This document shows, piece after piece, positions 8,833-17,683 of a DNA stretch of 64,000 nt; the first letter of the stretch is position 1, and every line of letters begins with the position of its first letter. The notes beneath the pieces were generated by a model. That model made no database searches, was not told the origin of the DNA, and saw nothing but the letters and a program-made list of their open reading frames with translations. Source of the DNA: a virus; IMG/VR virus record IMGVR_UViG_3300009551_000004. One strand, given 5' to 3'. The translations under genes and the position numbers were made by a program.

Positions 8833-9024
8833 TCATTCTTCCGAATTGTACCAGAAAACGAAGCTATTGCACTGGCACTTGATCTCGATGTTACGATCGT
8901 CAATGCGACCAATCAGCGTACCAACGCACCCCGGCACCGTCGGTTCAATCGATTCGACGTGCTCGCACCATGGATGGCCGCAGTGACACACGTCGAACAG
9001 TCGCCGGGATGCCGGGGTGCTCAT
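8833..9024 (-). CDS. Small Cys/His-rich (zinc-binding-like) protein
   Basis: 63 aa with CHCGHPWCEH .. C.C pattern. Confidence 0.6.
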   Translation of the reverse strand: MSTPASRRLFDVCHCGHPWCEHVESIEPTVPGCVGTLIGRIDDRNIEIKCQCNSFVFWYNSEE

Positions 9025-9026
9025 GC

Positions 9027-9164
9027 TCAGTCCAGATTCTTGATCGTCACGCTGTAGTTGACCTGCCCATTCGTGACGTGTACAACGTGTTCGCCGAGCT
9101 GCGTCACATTGTAATCGTACTCGCGCAATGCGCTGATCAGGTCGCGAATGAAGGTCTCATCCAT
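9027..9164 (-). CDS. Small hypothetical protein (45 aa)
   Basis: Fills the gap between 9024 and 9171; below the track cutoff. Confidence 0.4.
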   Translation of the reverse strand: MDETFIRDLISALREYDYNVTQLGEHVVHVTNGQVNYSVTIKNLD

Positions 9165-9170
9165 GTCGGA

Positions 9171-9446
9171 TCACTTCTTCGGACACAGCGGGTCGACGAC
9201 TGTGGTCACCGCGCCGTAGTTGTTGTTGTTGTGGAACACGACGGTGTATCGGATGTCGCCGACGCACTTCGTCGCCAGGTTCGAGAAGCCGTCCGGCATG
9301 GCGATGATCTGCGCGCCGGTCATGTCCTCCCCGCCGAGACGCGGCGCATCCTGAAAGGGCTCAGCCGCCTTCTCCAGGCCGCAGCCGGCAGCCGTGAAGG
9401 CGATCGCGGCGGCAATCGCGCCGACGACAAGAACACTACGCTTCAT
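9171..9446 (-). CDS. Putative lipoprotein
   Basis: MKRSVLVVGAIAAAIAFTAAGC: signal peptide plus a lipobox-like AAGC. Confidence 0.65.
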   Translation of the reverse strand: MKRSVLVVGAIAAAIAFTAAGCGLEKAAEPFQDAPRLGGEDMTGAQIIAMPDGFSNLATKCVGDIRYTVVFHNNNNYGAVTTVVDPLCPKK

Positions 9447-9627
9447 GATCGGTTTCCTTTTCTGTGTAATACGCTTCGAAAATCGGTTCTACGATACGAG
9501 AAAACTTCAGGTACAGCTCGCGATGATCCGGTGACGCGTTATCCCAGTTCAAGTCGGGATGATAACCGTGCACCTGTTCGAACATTGCCTTGGCGGCACG
9601 AAGGACGATGTCCGAATCGGGTTCCAT
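9436..9627 (-). CDS. Small hypothetical protein
   Basis: 63-aa ORF in the track. Confidence 0.6.
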   Translation of the reverse strand: MEPDSDIVLRAAKAMFEQVHGYHPDLNWDNASPDHRELYLKFSRIVEPIFEAYYTEKETDHEA

Positions 9628-9719
9628 CAGTCACTTCCTGTCGCCAGGTTTCGATTAGCCTTTCGCGAGAAACCCCATTCGGCCCGTCCCCTCTGCGGGC
9701 CGAATGGGGTGGTCATGAG

Positions 9720-10115
9720 TCAGACCGGCGCGTGGCTCGACAACTGCACGGTCAACACCGCCGGATCGGCGCACTTCGCCTTCTGCGCCTCGACCATCTG
9801 CCCGTGAACCTCCCAGGCCTCGGCCATGGAACCCGCCCTGAGGCCGCCAACCTTCTTGCCGCACTTGTTGGTCACCAGCGTCTCGAAGATCAGCAGCTGA
9901 CCTTCCGTGCCGTAATTCCGGCCGGTCCACGCCGTGGACACGAAGAACGACGTGCCGATGCAGTCGGCCTTGTCGAACACCTGCGTCTTGGCCACCATGC
10001 GGTAATCGTAATCGTTCAGTAGCTCACGCCACTGCGTCTCGGAGATCTTTTGGCCATTGTGGTCGTAGTGCGTGGTGACCTGGGCCCATACGCGCTCGAT
10101 CTCGTTGATGTCCAC
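9720..10115 (-). CDS. Hypothetical protein
   Basis: 131-aa ORF in the track. Confidence 0.7.
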   Translation of the reverse strand: MDINEIERVWAQVTTHYDHNGQKISETQWRELLNDYDYRMVAKTQVFDKADCIGTSFFVSTAWTGRNYGTEGQLLIFETLVTNKCGKKVGGLRAGSMAEAWEVHGQMVEAQKAKCADPAVLTVQLSSHAPV

Positions 10116-10151
10116 GGGTGTGTGCTCCTTTTCCGGTTCCGAAACGACGAT

Positions 10152-10421
10152 TCAGGGGTGGACGTGCTGACCGCTGCTCGACGGGGGCGTTAGGGTGCCT
10201 CCGTCGGCAACCTGCTTGGCCAGGTCGCGCAGCTTGCCGTCCACCTGACGTGCGGTGCCGGCCCCGATGCCCGTGCCGGTGATACGGATCAACGTCGCGA
10301 CAACGGCTTTACGAACGATCTCATCCACCTCATCGCGCCCCACCGAGGACACCGGATACATGCCGCCGATGGCCGCGTGGACCTGATTGACAACCTGGTC
10401 AGCCAGACTCGACACGATCAT
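10152..10421 (-). CDS. Hypothetical protein
   Basis: Start MIVSSLADQ after GGAAGGAA. Confidence 0.6.
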   Translation of the reverse strand: MIVSSLADQVVNQVHAAIGGMYPVSSVGRDEVDEIVRKAVVATLIRITGTGIGAGTARQVDGKLRDLAKQVADGGTLTPPSSSGQHVHP

Positions 10422-10432
10422 TTCCTTCCGGC

Positions 10433-10714
10433 TCAGGCGTTCCACGGCGCGATGCCGCTGGTGTCGTAGATCGAGTTCTGGTTCAGCAGCTCGGACACGG
10501 GGATCGGATTCGGGCCGGCGGTCATCGGCGGGGCGGCCGGCACGTACAACTCCGTGTAGATGCGGCGGACGACGCCTTGGGTGGCCAACACCTCGGATCG
10601 CCAGCCGGAACCAGCCGGAAGATGCTGCGTCTCGAAACGGCGCAGCAGGTTAGACAGCAACTGCCATTCGTTGAACTTCAGTGGGCCGGTGGGGAGCGAG
10701 GCGGGCGTCGTCAT
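10433..10714 (-). CDS. Hypothetical protein
   Basis: 93-aa ORF; promoter and CGGAAACGGAACACGGAGGAAAAG leader upstream. Confidence 0.7.
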   Translation of the reverse strand: MTTPASLPTGPLKFNEWQLLSNLLRRFETQHLPAGSGWRSEVLATQGVVRRIYTELYVPAAPPMTAGPNPIPVSELLNQNSIYDTSGIAPWNA

Positions 10715-10749
10715 CGTCTTTTCCTCCGTGTTCCGTTTCCGATACGCAG

Positions 10750-10779
10750 ACCCTAGCAGGAAGCGGCACGACCTGTAAA
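10750..10779 (-). promoter_or_regulatory. SigA-like promoter (TTTACA-18-TAGGGT)
   Basis: GTGTTTACA family member. Confidence 0.6.
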
Positions 10780-10821
10780 CACCTGAGATGCTGCATGGTG
10801 TTTCGCCTGCTCAGGCCATCA

Positions 10822-10983
10822 TCAGTCCAGCTCTATGACATGCAGGAAACCTTCCTCGTCGCGCCTCACGACCTCGAACACGGCGTCACCGTCATCCACG
10901 ACGAGAACCACTTGCGCGCCGATCGGAGCCTCATCCAGACGGCCGATCCAGAACCCATCCTCGTCAACGTTCGGCTTGCTCAT
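10822..10983 (-). CDS. Small hypothetical protein (53 aa)
   Basis: ATGA overlap with the upstream gene; below the track cutoff. Confidence 0.45.
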   Translation of the reverse strand: MSKPNVDEDGFWIGRLDEAPIGAQVVLVVDDGDAVFEVVRRDEEGFLHVIELD

Positions 10984-11144
10984 TCTCCCAGCACCTTCCA
11001 CCGTCTGCTGCCATCAGGATTTTCCGTGATCTGAAGCACGAGATGTCGAACCGGCTCACCGGCCTTCTCGACGCGGAGCATAGCCTGGTCGCCCACCTTC
11101 ATCGTGTGGAGCAACGTCTCCAGGGTCGGCTTTTCCTCGGTCAT
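10980..11144 (-). CDS. Small hypothetical protein (54 aa)
   Basis: ATGA overlaps at both ends; below the track cutoff. Confidence 0.45.
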   Translation of the reverse strand: MTEEKPTLETLLHTMKVGDQAMLRVEKAGEPVRHLVLQITENPDGSRRWKVLGE

Positions 11145-11500
11145 TCGTCACTCGCCGCCATCTTCGCGCGATGCGCCTTCAGATTTTCGACGTGCTTGAG
11201 CTGCTGCTCCGAGCCGGCCTCGCTCCAGCGGATCTGATCCGTCAGATACTCCTCATACTCCCGATCGCTATGGTCGAGAAGTTCCTGCGGGAAACGCTCG
11301 AAGTATTCCGACTCCTCAACGCAATCCCAATCCTCCTCGTTCAGCTGATGCGCGATTGCTCGCACGAACGGCCGCAGCAATTCGTCGATAACCGGATGAA
11401 CATCATTCACACCCGGCATCGAGCCCAGCGCCGCGCGAACGAGCTTCTCCGCCTCGGAGATCGCCAGGTCCGCGAAATCCGTGCCGCCACACCAACCCAT
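11141..11500 (-). CDS. Hypothetical acidic protein
   Basis: Start MGWCGGTDF after AAGAAGGAAAG. Confidence 0.65.
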   Translation of the reverse strand: MGWCGGTDFADLAISEAEKLVRAALGSMPGVNDVHPVIDELLRPFVRAIAHQLNEEDWDCVEESEYFERFPQELLDHSDREYEEYLTDQIRWSEAGSEQQLKHVENLKAHRAKMAASDE

Positions 11501-11501
11501 G

Positions 11502-11771
11502 TCACTTTCCTTCTTGTTTATGTCGCCGCCATACCGGCACCTGCGGTTCGACCGGTGCCGGCGGGTTCGCCTTCCACCACGCCTCCATCTCTCTACGGAG
11601 AGCCGGCGTCGATTCAGTGTTGACAAACTTCGGTGAAACCGCCTTGCGGTAACGCTGCTGCAATTCCAGCGGCAACCTGTTGAAACAACCGATGCACCCC
11701 CATAGCGAAGGGGAAAATCCCCCCTCGCTCACGCCCCGTCCGCACCCACGACACACCCCGCCCCGACTCAT
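11502..11771 (-). CDS. Zinc-ribbon paralog family C, copy 1
   Basis: CRGCGRGVSEGG..WGCIGCFNRLP..Q.RYR..WW..NP, close to the next gene. Confidence 0.7.
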   Translation of the reverse strand: MSRGGVCRGCGRGVSEGGFSPSLWGCIGCFNRLPLELQQRYRKAVSPKFVNTESTPALRREMEAWWKANPPAPVEPQVPVWRRHKQEGK

Positions 11772-12052
11772 CGTTCCTTTCCTTCCTGCGTGTGCCGCTT
11801 CCATGCCGGCAAGGCGGGCTCTGCCGCCGGGGCCGGATTCTCCTGCCACCACTTCTCGATCTCGTCGCGCAACGACTGCATTTTCTCAGCCGTTGGCGAG
11901 GAGAAATCCGACGCTGCCCTACGATACCGCTGACGTAGGGCCTGCGGCAGGCGATTGAAGCAATCGAGGCAGCCCCATCGCGTAGCGAGCTTGCCGGCTT
12001 CGCTGACGCCACGCTCGCACCCCGGACACCGAAAACCGAACGGCATCGTCAC
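11768..12052 (-). CDS. Zinc-ribbon paralog family C, copy 2
   Basis: CPGCERGVSEAG..WGCLDCFNRLPQALRQRYR..WWQENP. Confidence 0.75.
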   Translation of the reverse strand: MTMPFGFRCPGCERGVSEAGKLATRWGCLDCFNRLPQALRQRYRRAASDFSSPTAEKMQSLRDEIEKWWQENPAPAAEPALPAWKRHTQEGKER

Positions 12053-12246
12053 TCATCTCCCGTGTCACGTATACGGATGAGGAATGTCTTGCCGCCTTCG
12101 TGGCCGGTCACCTCGAAGACCACCCTTTCCCTGCTCACCATGAATGGCACCCACTGGCCGATTGATATGCCGAGCAACTCCGGCAGATCAACGACGAGAT
12201 TCTCGGTCTCGTCGTTGATCTGCGGATTGGAGAACTCGCCGCTCAT
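12049..12246 (-). CDS. Small hypothetical protein
   Basis: 65-aa ORF with ATGA coupling. Confidence 0.6.
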   Translation of the reverse strand: MSGEFSNPQINDETENLVVDLPELLGISIGQWVPFMVSRERVVFEVTGHEGGKTFLIRIRDTGDE

Positions 12247-12698
12247 TCGTCACCGTCGATCGACAGCATGAACTCGTCGTTGCGCGCGTCGGCGTCGTCA
12301 TCGGTTGCCAAGGCGTCGAACTGCTCAGCGGGCATGACCGTCGCGGTCAACTCGGCAGGCGCGATCAGGTTGGCCGGATCGTCCGTCTCGTGGGCGTCCC
12401 ACTCCATACGCCACGCGGCCAGATCCTCCACGTCGAACGTGCGGATCATTTTCTCCACGACCTTCAGGAGATTCACGTCGTTCGGCACGACGTGAATCTT
12501 GTAGTCACTGCGCTCCGAGTCCGTCAGCGTGATGGACACCAGATTCGGCACTGTGGTGGATGACACGATCTCCATTTCCAGCCGCAGGCCGGTAGCCTGA
12601 ATCGCTGCCCACTGTGGCGCGAGGGCGTCATCCACCACGCCCGTGATGATCTCCTGCTCGCCGTGCGGGCGATGGAACTGCGTCGCTTCGATGATCAT
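12243..12698 (-). CDS. Hypothetical acidic protein
   Basis: Start MIIEATQF after GGAAGAGGAA. Confidence 0.7.
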   Translation of the reverse strand: MIIEATQFHRPHGEQEIITGVVDDALAPQWAAIQATGLRLEMEIVSSTTVPNLVSITLTDSERSDYKIHVVPNDVNLLKVVEKMIRTFDVEDLAAWRMEWDAHETDDPANLIAPAELTATVMPAEQFDALATDDDADARNDEFMLSIDGDE

Positions 12699-12699
12699 G

Positions 12700-13020
12700 T
12701 CATTCCTCTTCCTGTTCCGGATTTTCCACAAACCACTGGCGGACGACCTTTTTATGCTCCACTAGCTGTCCAGAGCCCATGGTCGATTGACCCACACTTC
12801 TGCACGCCATGCGTATATCCAGCGGTAGACGAACCCAGCAAACGGCGCAGCACGGACGGTTGCCGGCGAAGTGGTCACCGCATCCAGGGCATTTCCTAAG
12901 TCCAGATTTTCCATGCACGTGCACATTCTCCGGCGGACCTTCCGACGCGGCTTCTGGATAGGTCTGCGCAAAAGAGCTATTGATTATCTTGCCGCGACAA
13001 TGCCGTCGTCGGGAAGTCAT
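12700..13020 (-). CDS. Zinc-ribbon paralog family C, copy 3 (divergent)
   Basis: CPGCGDHF..CCAVCWVRLP..WFVENP; the start is uncertain. Confidence 0.55.
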   Translation of the reverse strand: MTSRRRHCRGKIINSSFAQTYPEAASEGPPENVHVHGKSGLRKCPGCGDHFAGNRPCCAVCWVRLPLDIRMACRSVGQSTMGSGQLVEHKKVVRQWFVENPEQEEE

Positions 13021-13319
13021 TACGCCTCCTGCACTCGGCCGGCGCGCATGTCCTCCAAGCCGCGCTGAAGGTCCGAATTCTCCAGGGTGGCCTGGTCCTG
13101 GAGTCGGTGCCACACGTATTCCTGCACCTCGCGCGGCGCGGCGCGCAGTTGCGTCAGCAGCTCCGACATGGCGCGAACCAACTCCACCATGTCCGCCGCG
13201 TCATCAGCCGCCATGTCGTTGTGCGATGAGCCATCGGCCGTGACCTCGGCCCCGTCCTTGAATCCGAACAGGTCGCAGAGGTCGTTGAACAGCTTGTCGT
13301 TCTCGGTGGGCTCGCTCAT
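13020..13319 (-). CDS. Hypothetical acidic protein
   Basis: Start MSEPTENDK with ATGA overlap. Confidence 0.65.
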   Translation of the reverse strand: MSEPTENDKLFNDLCDLFGFKDGAEVTADGSSHNDMAADDAADMVELVRAMSELLTQLRAAPREVQEYVWHRLQDQATLENSDLQRGLEDMRAGRVQEA

Positions 13320-13579
13320 TCCGAATCCTTCTTTCGTTTCCTCGGACCACGGTAATTGTTCACCTGCGCGGCGTGCGCGTCCTTGCACGGCTGGCAGCGA
13401 CAATTATAGTTCGTATAGCCGTTGACCGTGCCGTGCACACGGTCGGGAATGGGCTTGCTGAGCTTATTCGCTCGGTAGAAGGCCATGGCGTCGGCATTGG
13501 CCTTCTTGCATTTGTCGCAACGGCAGCCCTGATTGTAGCGTCGCTGCGTGCCGTGCTCCGCCAGTTTCCGCTCAGCCAT
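13316..13579 (-). CDS. Putative DNA-binding protein with two HGT..Y..GCRC..C repeats
   Basis: HGTQRRYNQGCRCDKCK and HGTVNGYTNYNCRCQPCK; this repeat is common in actinophage DNA-binding proteins (recalled from memory, not searched). Confidence 0.55.
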   Translation of the reverse strand: MAERKLAEHGTQRRYNQGCRCDKCKKANADAMAFYRANKLSKPIPDRVHGTVNGYTNYNCRCQPCKDAHAAQVNNYRGPRKRKKDSE

Positions 13580-14219
13580 CAGGCACCTTCTTCAGCCAGT
13601 TCCGGATGTGCGCCGACGATGCGACGGTCAGTGGCACGCGGCGCGACGGGCCCGTCTGCCACATCCAGCCAGCCGCGTACGTCCACTTCGTGAGCAAAGG
13701 ATCCTTGACCACGTCTTTGGCCGGCGTTTTCATCGGCGGGTGCCACGGGACCACCTCGACCGGCGGCGGCAGCATCGGCGGATGCCACAGCCACGTCTTG
13801 CCCTCGTTGGTCTTGCGGCCCTCGCCCTGCCGCTCCTCCGCTTCGCCGGCCGTAGCCGCGCGGCGGCCGAGCACCGGCCATGTCGTCCGCGACCACATGG
13901 CCACGGCGTGGTCAACGTCGCCCTGACCCTCGCCGCCGGCCGCCGCGCGCCAACACCGCAGGCTCAGCGTGTCCGTGAGCGGCCCCACCTTGCCGACGGC
14001 CGTCGGTGTGTACCCCCGGGCGACGAAGGCCTTCACGACCCAACCGCCATCCCGTGCCACCTTGGCCATCGACTTCCACGGGCCGTCAGACCAGCGCTCG
14101 TCATCCGGCTCCAGCCAATGCGCCATCAGTGGTGCCGGCCAGAAGTGCAGGGTGGGATGGACCGGAAGCAGAAACTCCAGTCCATCCACCATCATGCGCG
14201 GAATCTCGATCGTCATCAC
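13572..14219 (-). CDS. Hypothetical protein
   Basis: 215-aa ORF in the track. Confidence 0.7.
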   Translation of the reverse strand: MMTIEIPRMMVDGLEFLLPVHPTLHFWPAPLMAHWLEPDDERWSDGPWKSMAKVARDGGWVVKAFVARGYTPTAVGKVGPLTDTLSLRCWRAAAGGEGQGDVDHAVAMWSRTTWPVLGRRAATAGEAEERQGEGRKTNEGKTWLWHPPMLPPPVEVVPWHPPMKTPAKDVVKDPLLTKWTYAAGWMWQTGPSRRVPLTVASSAHIRNWLKKVPDG

Positions 14220-14590
14220 AGCGATGACTCCATGGACGCCAGAATCCTCGTCGCAAACATGATCGCCTGCTGCTCATTGGCGCAGAGCGTGGGCGACAAC
14301 GCCAATGCCTCGTCCAGATGCTCGCGAATGCAATCCGCCGCGTCCTTGAGCCACGCGGCCAATGGGATCAACGTGGTGGCCGGCGACATCATCGCAATCC
14401 ACGTGCCATTCCGATCCGCATCGGTGCAGATCGCGACACCCGACACCGACTCGACGCTCGTTAAGCCCTGGTCGTCATACGCGCGCCATGGGCCCGACGT
14501 CGTGTTCTCCGCGACGGAAATCAGGTGCGCCAGCACGCGCTCCACCTTCTCCGCATCCGCCACGGAGAAAGACCGCTCCGCGTCCGCCAT
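14216..14590 (-). CDS. Hypothetical protein
   Basis: 124-aa ORF in the track. Confidence 0.7.
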   Translation of the reverse strand: MADAERSFSVADAEKVERVLAHLISVAENTTSGPWRAYDDQGLTSVESVSGVAICTDADRNGTWIAMMSPATTLIPLAAWLKDAADCIREHLDEALALSPTLCANEQQAIMFATRILASMESSL

Positions 14591-14593
14591 TGA

Positions 14594-14800
14594 TCAGCCC
14601 TCCGCAACCTTGATGGTCGCCTGTGCCATCTTCAGCAGGTCCGCCTCGTTGTCGACTGGCGTGCCCTTCTCCCGCTTCTCGGCTGCGTTCGTGAACCAAC
14701 CCCGCAGCTGCCGGCCCGACGGCGAATTCGGATTCGTCAGACGCGCCGCCTCGCGGAACGTGTTGACGATCTCGGTGTTCTCGTCCTGCTTGCCCATCAC
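14594..14800 (-). CDS. Small paralog family B protein
   Basis: 68 aa; C-terminus ..DLLKMAQATIKVAEG matches the family. Confidence 0.6.
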   Translation of the reverse strand: MMGKQDENTEIVNTFREAARLTNPNSPSGRQLRGWFTNAAEKREKGTPVDNEADLLKMAQATIKVAEG

Positions 14801-14985
14801 GCCTCACTCGCTTCGATGATCTGCTGCGCACGGTGCAGCAGATCGGTTTCGTTGATCGCAAACGGCCTGGCATCCATGCGCGCCAAACACGCCTCGTTGA
14901 ACTGCCCGTACAGAGGATTGCTTCGACTGATCAAGGCCATGGCCTTGAGGAACACGCGGGTGATGTCCTGGCACTCATCGGTCAT
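14797..14985 (-). CDS. Small paralog family B protein
   Basis: 62 aa; ..DLLHRAQQIIEASEA. Confidence 0.6.
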   Translation of the reverse strand: MTDECQDITRVFLKAMALISRSNPLYGQFNEACLARMDARPFAINETDLLHRAQQIIEASEA

Positions 14986-15317
14986 CGTTCATCACGCCAA
15001 CCGCGCTCGTGCAGAATCGCCCACTTCTTCGCGATCTCCACGTCCAATTCGACATGCAATACCGCCGCCGTGACGAATGCGGTGATCACCACGTCGGCCA
15101 GCTCGCCAGCCATCTCCTCGAACGTGCCCGTTCGCCGCGCCTCGCCCGCCCAGCGTCGAAACGCGCCGACGAACTCACCCGCCTCCTCGGCCAACGCCAA
15201 CACCTGGCGCGTCTGAGCGGTGTCCGGATTGAACCCGACGGCTTGCAATTTCCGGGCAATGGCGATGCCGACCATCGCCAATTCGCCGACCTCGATCCGC
15301 TCCTGCTGCTCACTCAT
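14982..15317 (-). CDS. mazG: MazG-like nucleotide pyrophosphohydrolase
   Basis: LAEEAGEFVGAFRRW..ELADVVI..I..K...RGW pattern typical of phage MazG-like proteins. Confidence 0.65.
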   Translation of the reverse strand: MSEQQERIEVGELAMVGIAIARKLQAVGFNPDTAQTRQVLALAEEAGEFVGAFRRWAGEARRTGTFEEMAGELADVVITAFVTAAVLHVELDVEIAKKWAILHERGWRDER

Positions 15318-16389
15318 ATTCGGTCACATTCCCCTTGCGCGTCAGGTAGTCGGCCGACACGACCTTCACAATCGCGCGCTCGCCACCCAGCGCATCCGAG
15401 ACGCGCTCCCGCACCGGCCGCACCACGACACCCTCGCGGATGTGCGCCCCGGTGCCGGTGACCTGTTCGCGGCCCGACGCCAGGGACAGAATCGTGTCGA
15501 TGTCGAAGCCGCCCACATAGAGCACTGGCACGAACGGCACGACGCCGTGGAGCAGATCGCCCACCTGGTCATGGTCGGCCCAGAACACCTCACCGTTGAC
15601 GTCCACGCGGATGTCGAACGCGGCATACCCTGGCGTGCCCTTCGTGGTGCCGTACTTCAGATCCTGTACGCCATACACCTCGCCGAAGATCGCCACGCGA
15701 TCGGCCTCCAAATCGGTCAGGATGTTCCGCGCCACCTCTTCGATGTCATACGCGCGCACGGCCCGCCAGTACAGGTTCCGCTCCGACTCCGCGATGGCCA
15801 GACGCTTCTCGGAGAAGCCCTTCGACGTCACGAACAGGCCGCCGTCTTTCGTCACCGTGACGCAACACGCCGAGCCGTGAATCTTCTCCGTGGCGACGAC
15901 GCGCTCTCCCGGCGCGAACACGTCCGGATAGCGCTGAAAATGCTGGATGTCGGTCCACGGCAGCAGATCCGGCGCGGAAATCATAGTTCCCGAGAGATCC
16001 CCGGGCACCTCCGGCACCCACTTCGTGATGCCCAGCGGCTCGGAATAATCCTCGTCGCCGAAGACGCGCGAATTGGCTGCCCAGGAAAGCGTCAATCCGG
16101 CAACCGCCTTCGGCCGGCACACGATGCCCTGGGAGAGCTCACCGCGCAGCCGCACCGCCTTGACGCGATTGGCCTGCTTGCCGGCGAGGCGGCCGACCAG
16201 CCCCAACTCCTCGATCAGCTCCGTCGGCAGGATCGCCTGCTCCGGAATGTAGATCGCGTACTCGCCCGTCTTGTAGACGCCCTTCGGCACCACGGCGCGG
16301 TACAGGCCCACCTGAGCCAGCTCCAGGGCATCCGCATTCGGATGCTCGTGAATCGTCAACCGCTCAGCGGTGACGCGCAGTGTGGACAT
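15310..16389 (-). CDS. RNA ligase with N-terminal OB-fold tRNA-binding-like domain
   Basis: N-terminus ERLTIHEHPNADALELAQVG resembles tRNA_bind/CsaA domains; nucleotidyltransferase motif I EKIHGS. Confidence 0.7.
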   Translation of the reverse strand: MSTLRVTAERLTIHEHPNADALELAQVGLYRAVVPKGVYKTGEYAIYIPEQAILPTELIEELGLVGRLAGKQANRVKAVRLRGELSQGIVCRPKAVAGLTLSWAANSRVFGDEDYSEPLGITKWVPEVPGDLSGTMISAPDLLPWTDIQHFQRYPDVFAPGERVVATEKIHGSACCVTVTKDGGLFVTSKGFSEKRLAIAESERNLYWRAVRAYDIEEVARNILTDLEADRVAIFGEVYGVQDLKYGTTKGTPGYAAFDIRVDVNGEVFWADHDQVGDLLHGVVPFVPVLYVGGFDIDTILSLASGREQVTGTGAHIREGVVVRPVRERVSDALGGERAIVKVVSADYLTRKGNVTEYE

Positions 16390-16391
16390 GG

Positions 16392-16574
16392 TCAGTTCCC
16401 TTCAAAATTCCGGATCACTGAGCGCGCATAGGCCATGAACGCGCCGAAATTGGGAATACGTTTTCCGCGCTCCAACGCGTCGGCATTGTTGGACCAATAC
16501 ACACAGGACACCGGATCGTCCTCGGTGAGATGGGCCAATCTGCGCAACATGTCGACGTCGTCCTGGTTAGACAT
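16392..16574 (-). CDS. Small paralog family B protein
   Basis: DVDMLRRLAHL...AYARSVIRNFEGN. Confidence 0.55.
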   Translation of the reverse strand: MSNQDDVDMLRRLAHLTEDDPVSCVYWSNNADALERGKRIPNFGAFMAYARSVIRNFEGN

Positions 16575-16576
16575 GA

Positions 16577-16795
16577 TCAGTTCCCCTTGTCATTCCATTC
16601 CGACAGATCAGCCTGACAACGCCGGCATTCGAGATCGCCGGGCGTCCAGTCGTGTTCGGGATACTCGTTTCCGTCGCCATCGACGCAGACGTCCTCGTCG
16701 TCGGGATCGTCAAGCAGCCATGTGTCCTGCCACCCGTCATCCGCCGGGTCGACCCCCTGATCACCGAAATCGTCCAGGTGCGCATCCTCGTACAT
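16577..16795 (-). CDS. Small, highly acidic protein
   Basis: 72-aa ORF, Asp/Glu-rich with a C..C pair. Confidence 0.6.
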   Translation of the reverse strand: MYEDAHLDDFGDQGVDPADDGWQDTWLLDDPDDEDVCVDGDGNEYPEHDWTPGDLECRRCQADLSEWNDKGN

Positions 16796-16813
16796 TGCCG
16801 AATCCTTTCCGAA

Positions 16814-16999
16814 TCAGAAGGGGTGCCTGTCGATCAGGTTTTCCACTTCGATGATTAATTCGTCCTCGTTCTCCGCCCTGCTGCCCGCCTGGCGCAATGC
16901 CAGCGCGGCCAACAGCTTCGCGCGCAACTCGTCTGAACAGCCCTTCTGCTTCAGGCCGAGCCGCAGCATGTTCTCGTGCGACTCCAGGTCGTCAGCCAT
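16814..16999 (-). CDS. Small hypothetical protein
   Basis: Start MADDLESHE; 8-nt overlap with the upstream gene. Confidence 0.55.
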   Translation of the reverse strand: MADDLESHENMLRLGLKQKGCSDELRAKLLAALALRQAGSRAENEDELIIEVENLIDRHPF

Positions 17000-17414
17000 C
17001 CTGGGCACCCGTCGGATTGAAATGCTGAACGAACCCCGCCGCCATCTCCCGCTGCCGGCGCACCATGGCCTGGTACGACATCGCGTCCACGTACGGCGTG
17101 CAGCCCTCGCACATCGCGCGGGCATCGGTGCGACACCCCTCCACCACCAGGCGCACCAAGCCCGTCGGCAGCCACGTCAGCCGCTCCGGCTCGCCATCCA
17201 GCGCCCAGCCGATCAGCGCGCCGCAGCGCCAGCACTCCACGTTGTCCGGGTGCTGATGCAGGTACTTCAGAGCGTCGAGAAACGGTGCCGGCAGGGCCGC
17301 CACGGCGGCACTCAACACGGGCATGTCGTCGAGGTCGTAGTCGGTCCACGGCGTCGACTCCAGGAACACCGACTCCATGCGCTCCAGCTTCGGGCCCAGA
17401 TCGTCGTCGGTCAT
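16992..17414 (-). CDS. Hypothetical Cys-containing protein
   Basis: Start MTDDDLGPK with ATGA overlap. Confidence 0.65.
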   Translation of the reverse strand: MTDDDLGPKLERMESVFLESTPWTDYDLDDMPVLSAAVAALPAPFLDALKYLHQHPDNVECWRCGALIGWALDGEPERLTWLPTGLVRLVVEGCRTDARAMCEGCTPYVDAMSYQAMVRRQREMAAGFVQHFNPTGAQDG

Positions 17415-17683
17415 GGCGTTCCCTCCGAGTTGTAGAAGCAGGACGGGCACAGCACCCGCATGGGGCCTCTGCCTCCACGGACGAGGCCACACGGCATCCA
17501 CTTGCCGGCCACCCAGCCGACCAGATCCCTGCACTGCGCGCACATCGTACGGTTCGGATCCTCGTCGATGACGTCCAACGCGATCGTGAAATCCTCGTCC
17601 GTCGTCACATCGGAACGAACGAAACGGCACTTCTCGATCGGGTCGTAGTAGAACGGGGACGTGTCGAAAAACATTCGCGTCAT
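17411..17683 (-). CDS. Hypothetical Cys-containing protein
   Basis: Start MTRMFFDTSP with ATGA overlap. Confidence 0.6.
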   Translation of the reverse strand: MTRMFFDTSPFYYDPIEKCRFVRSDVTTDEDFTIALDVIDEDPNRTMCAQCRDLVGWVAGKWMPCGLVRGGRGPMRVLCPSCFYNSEGTP

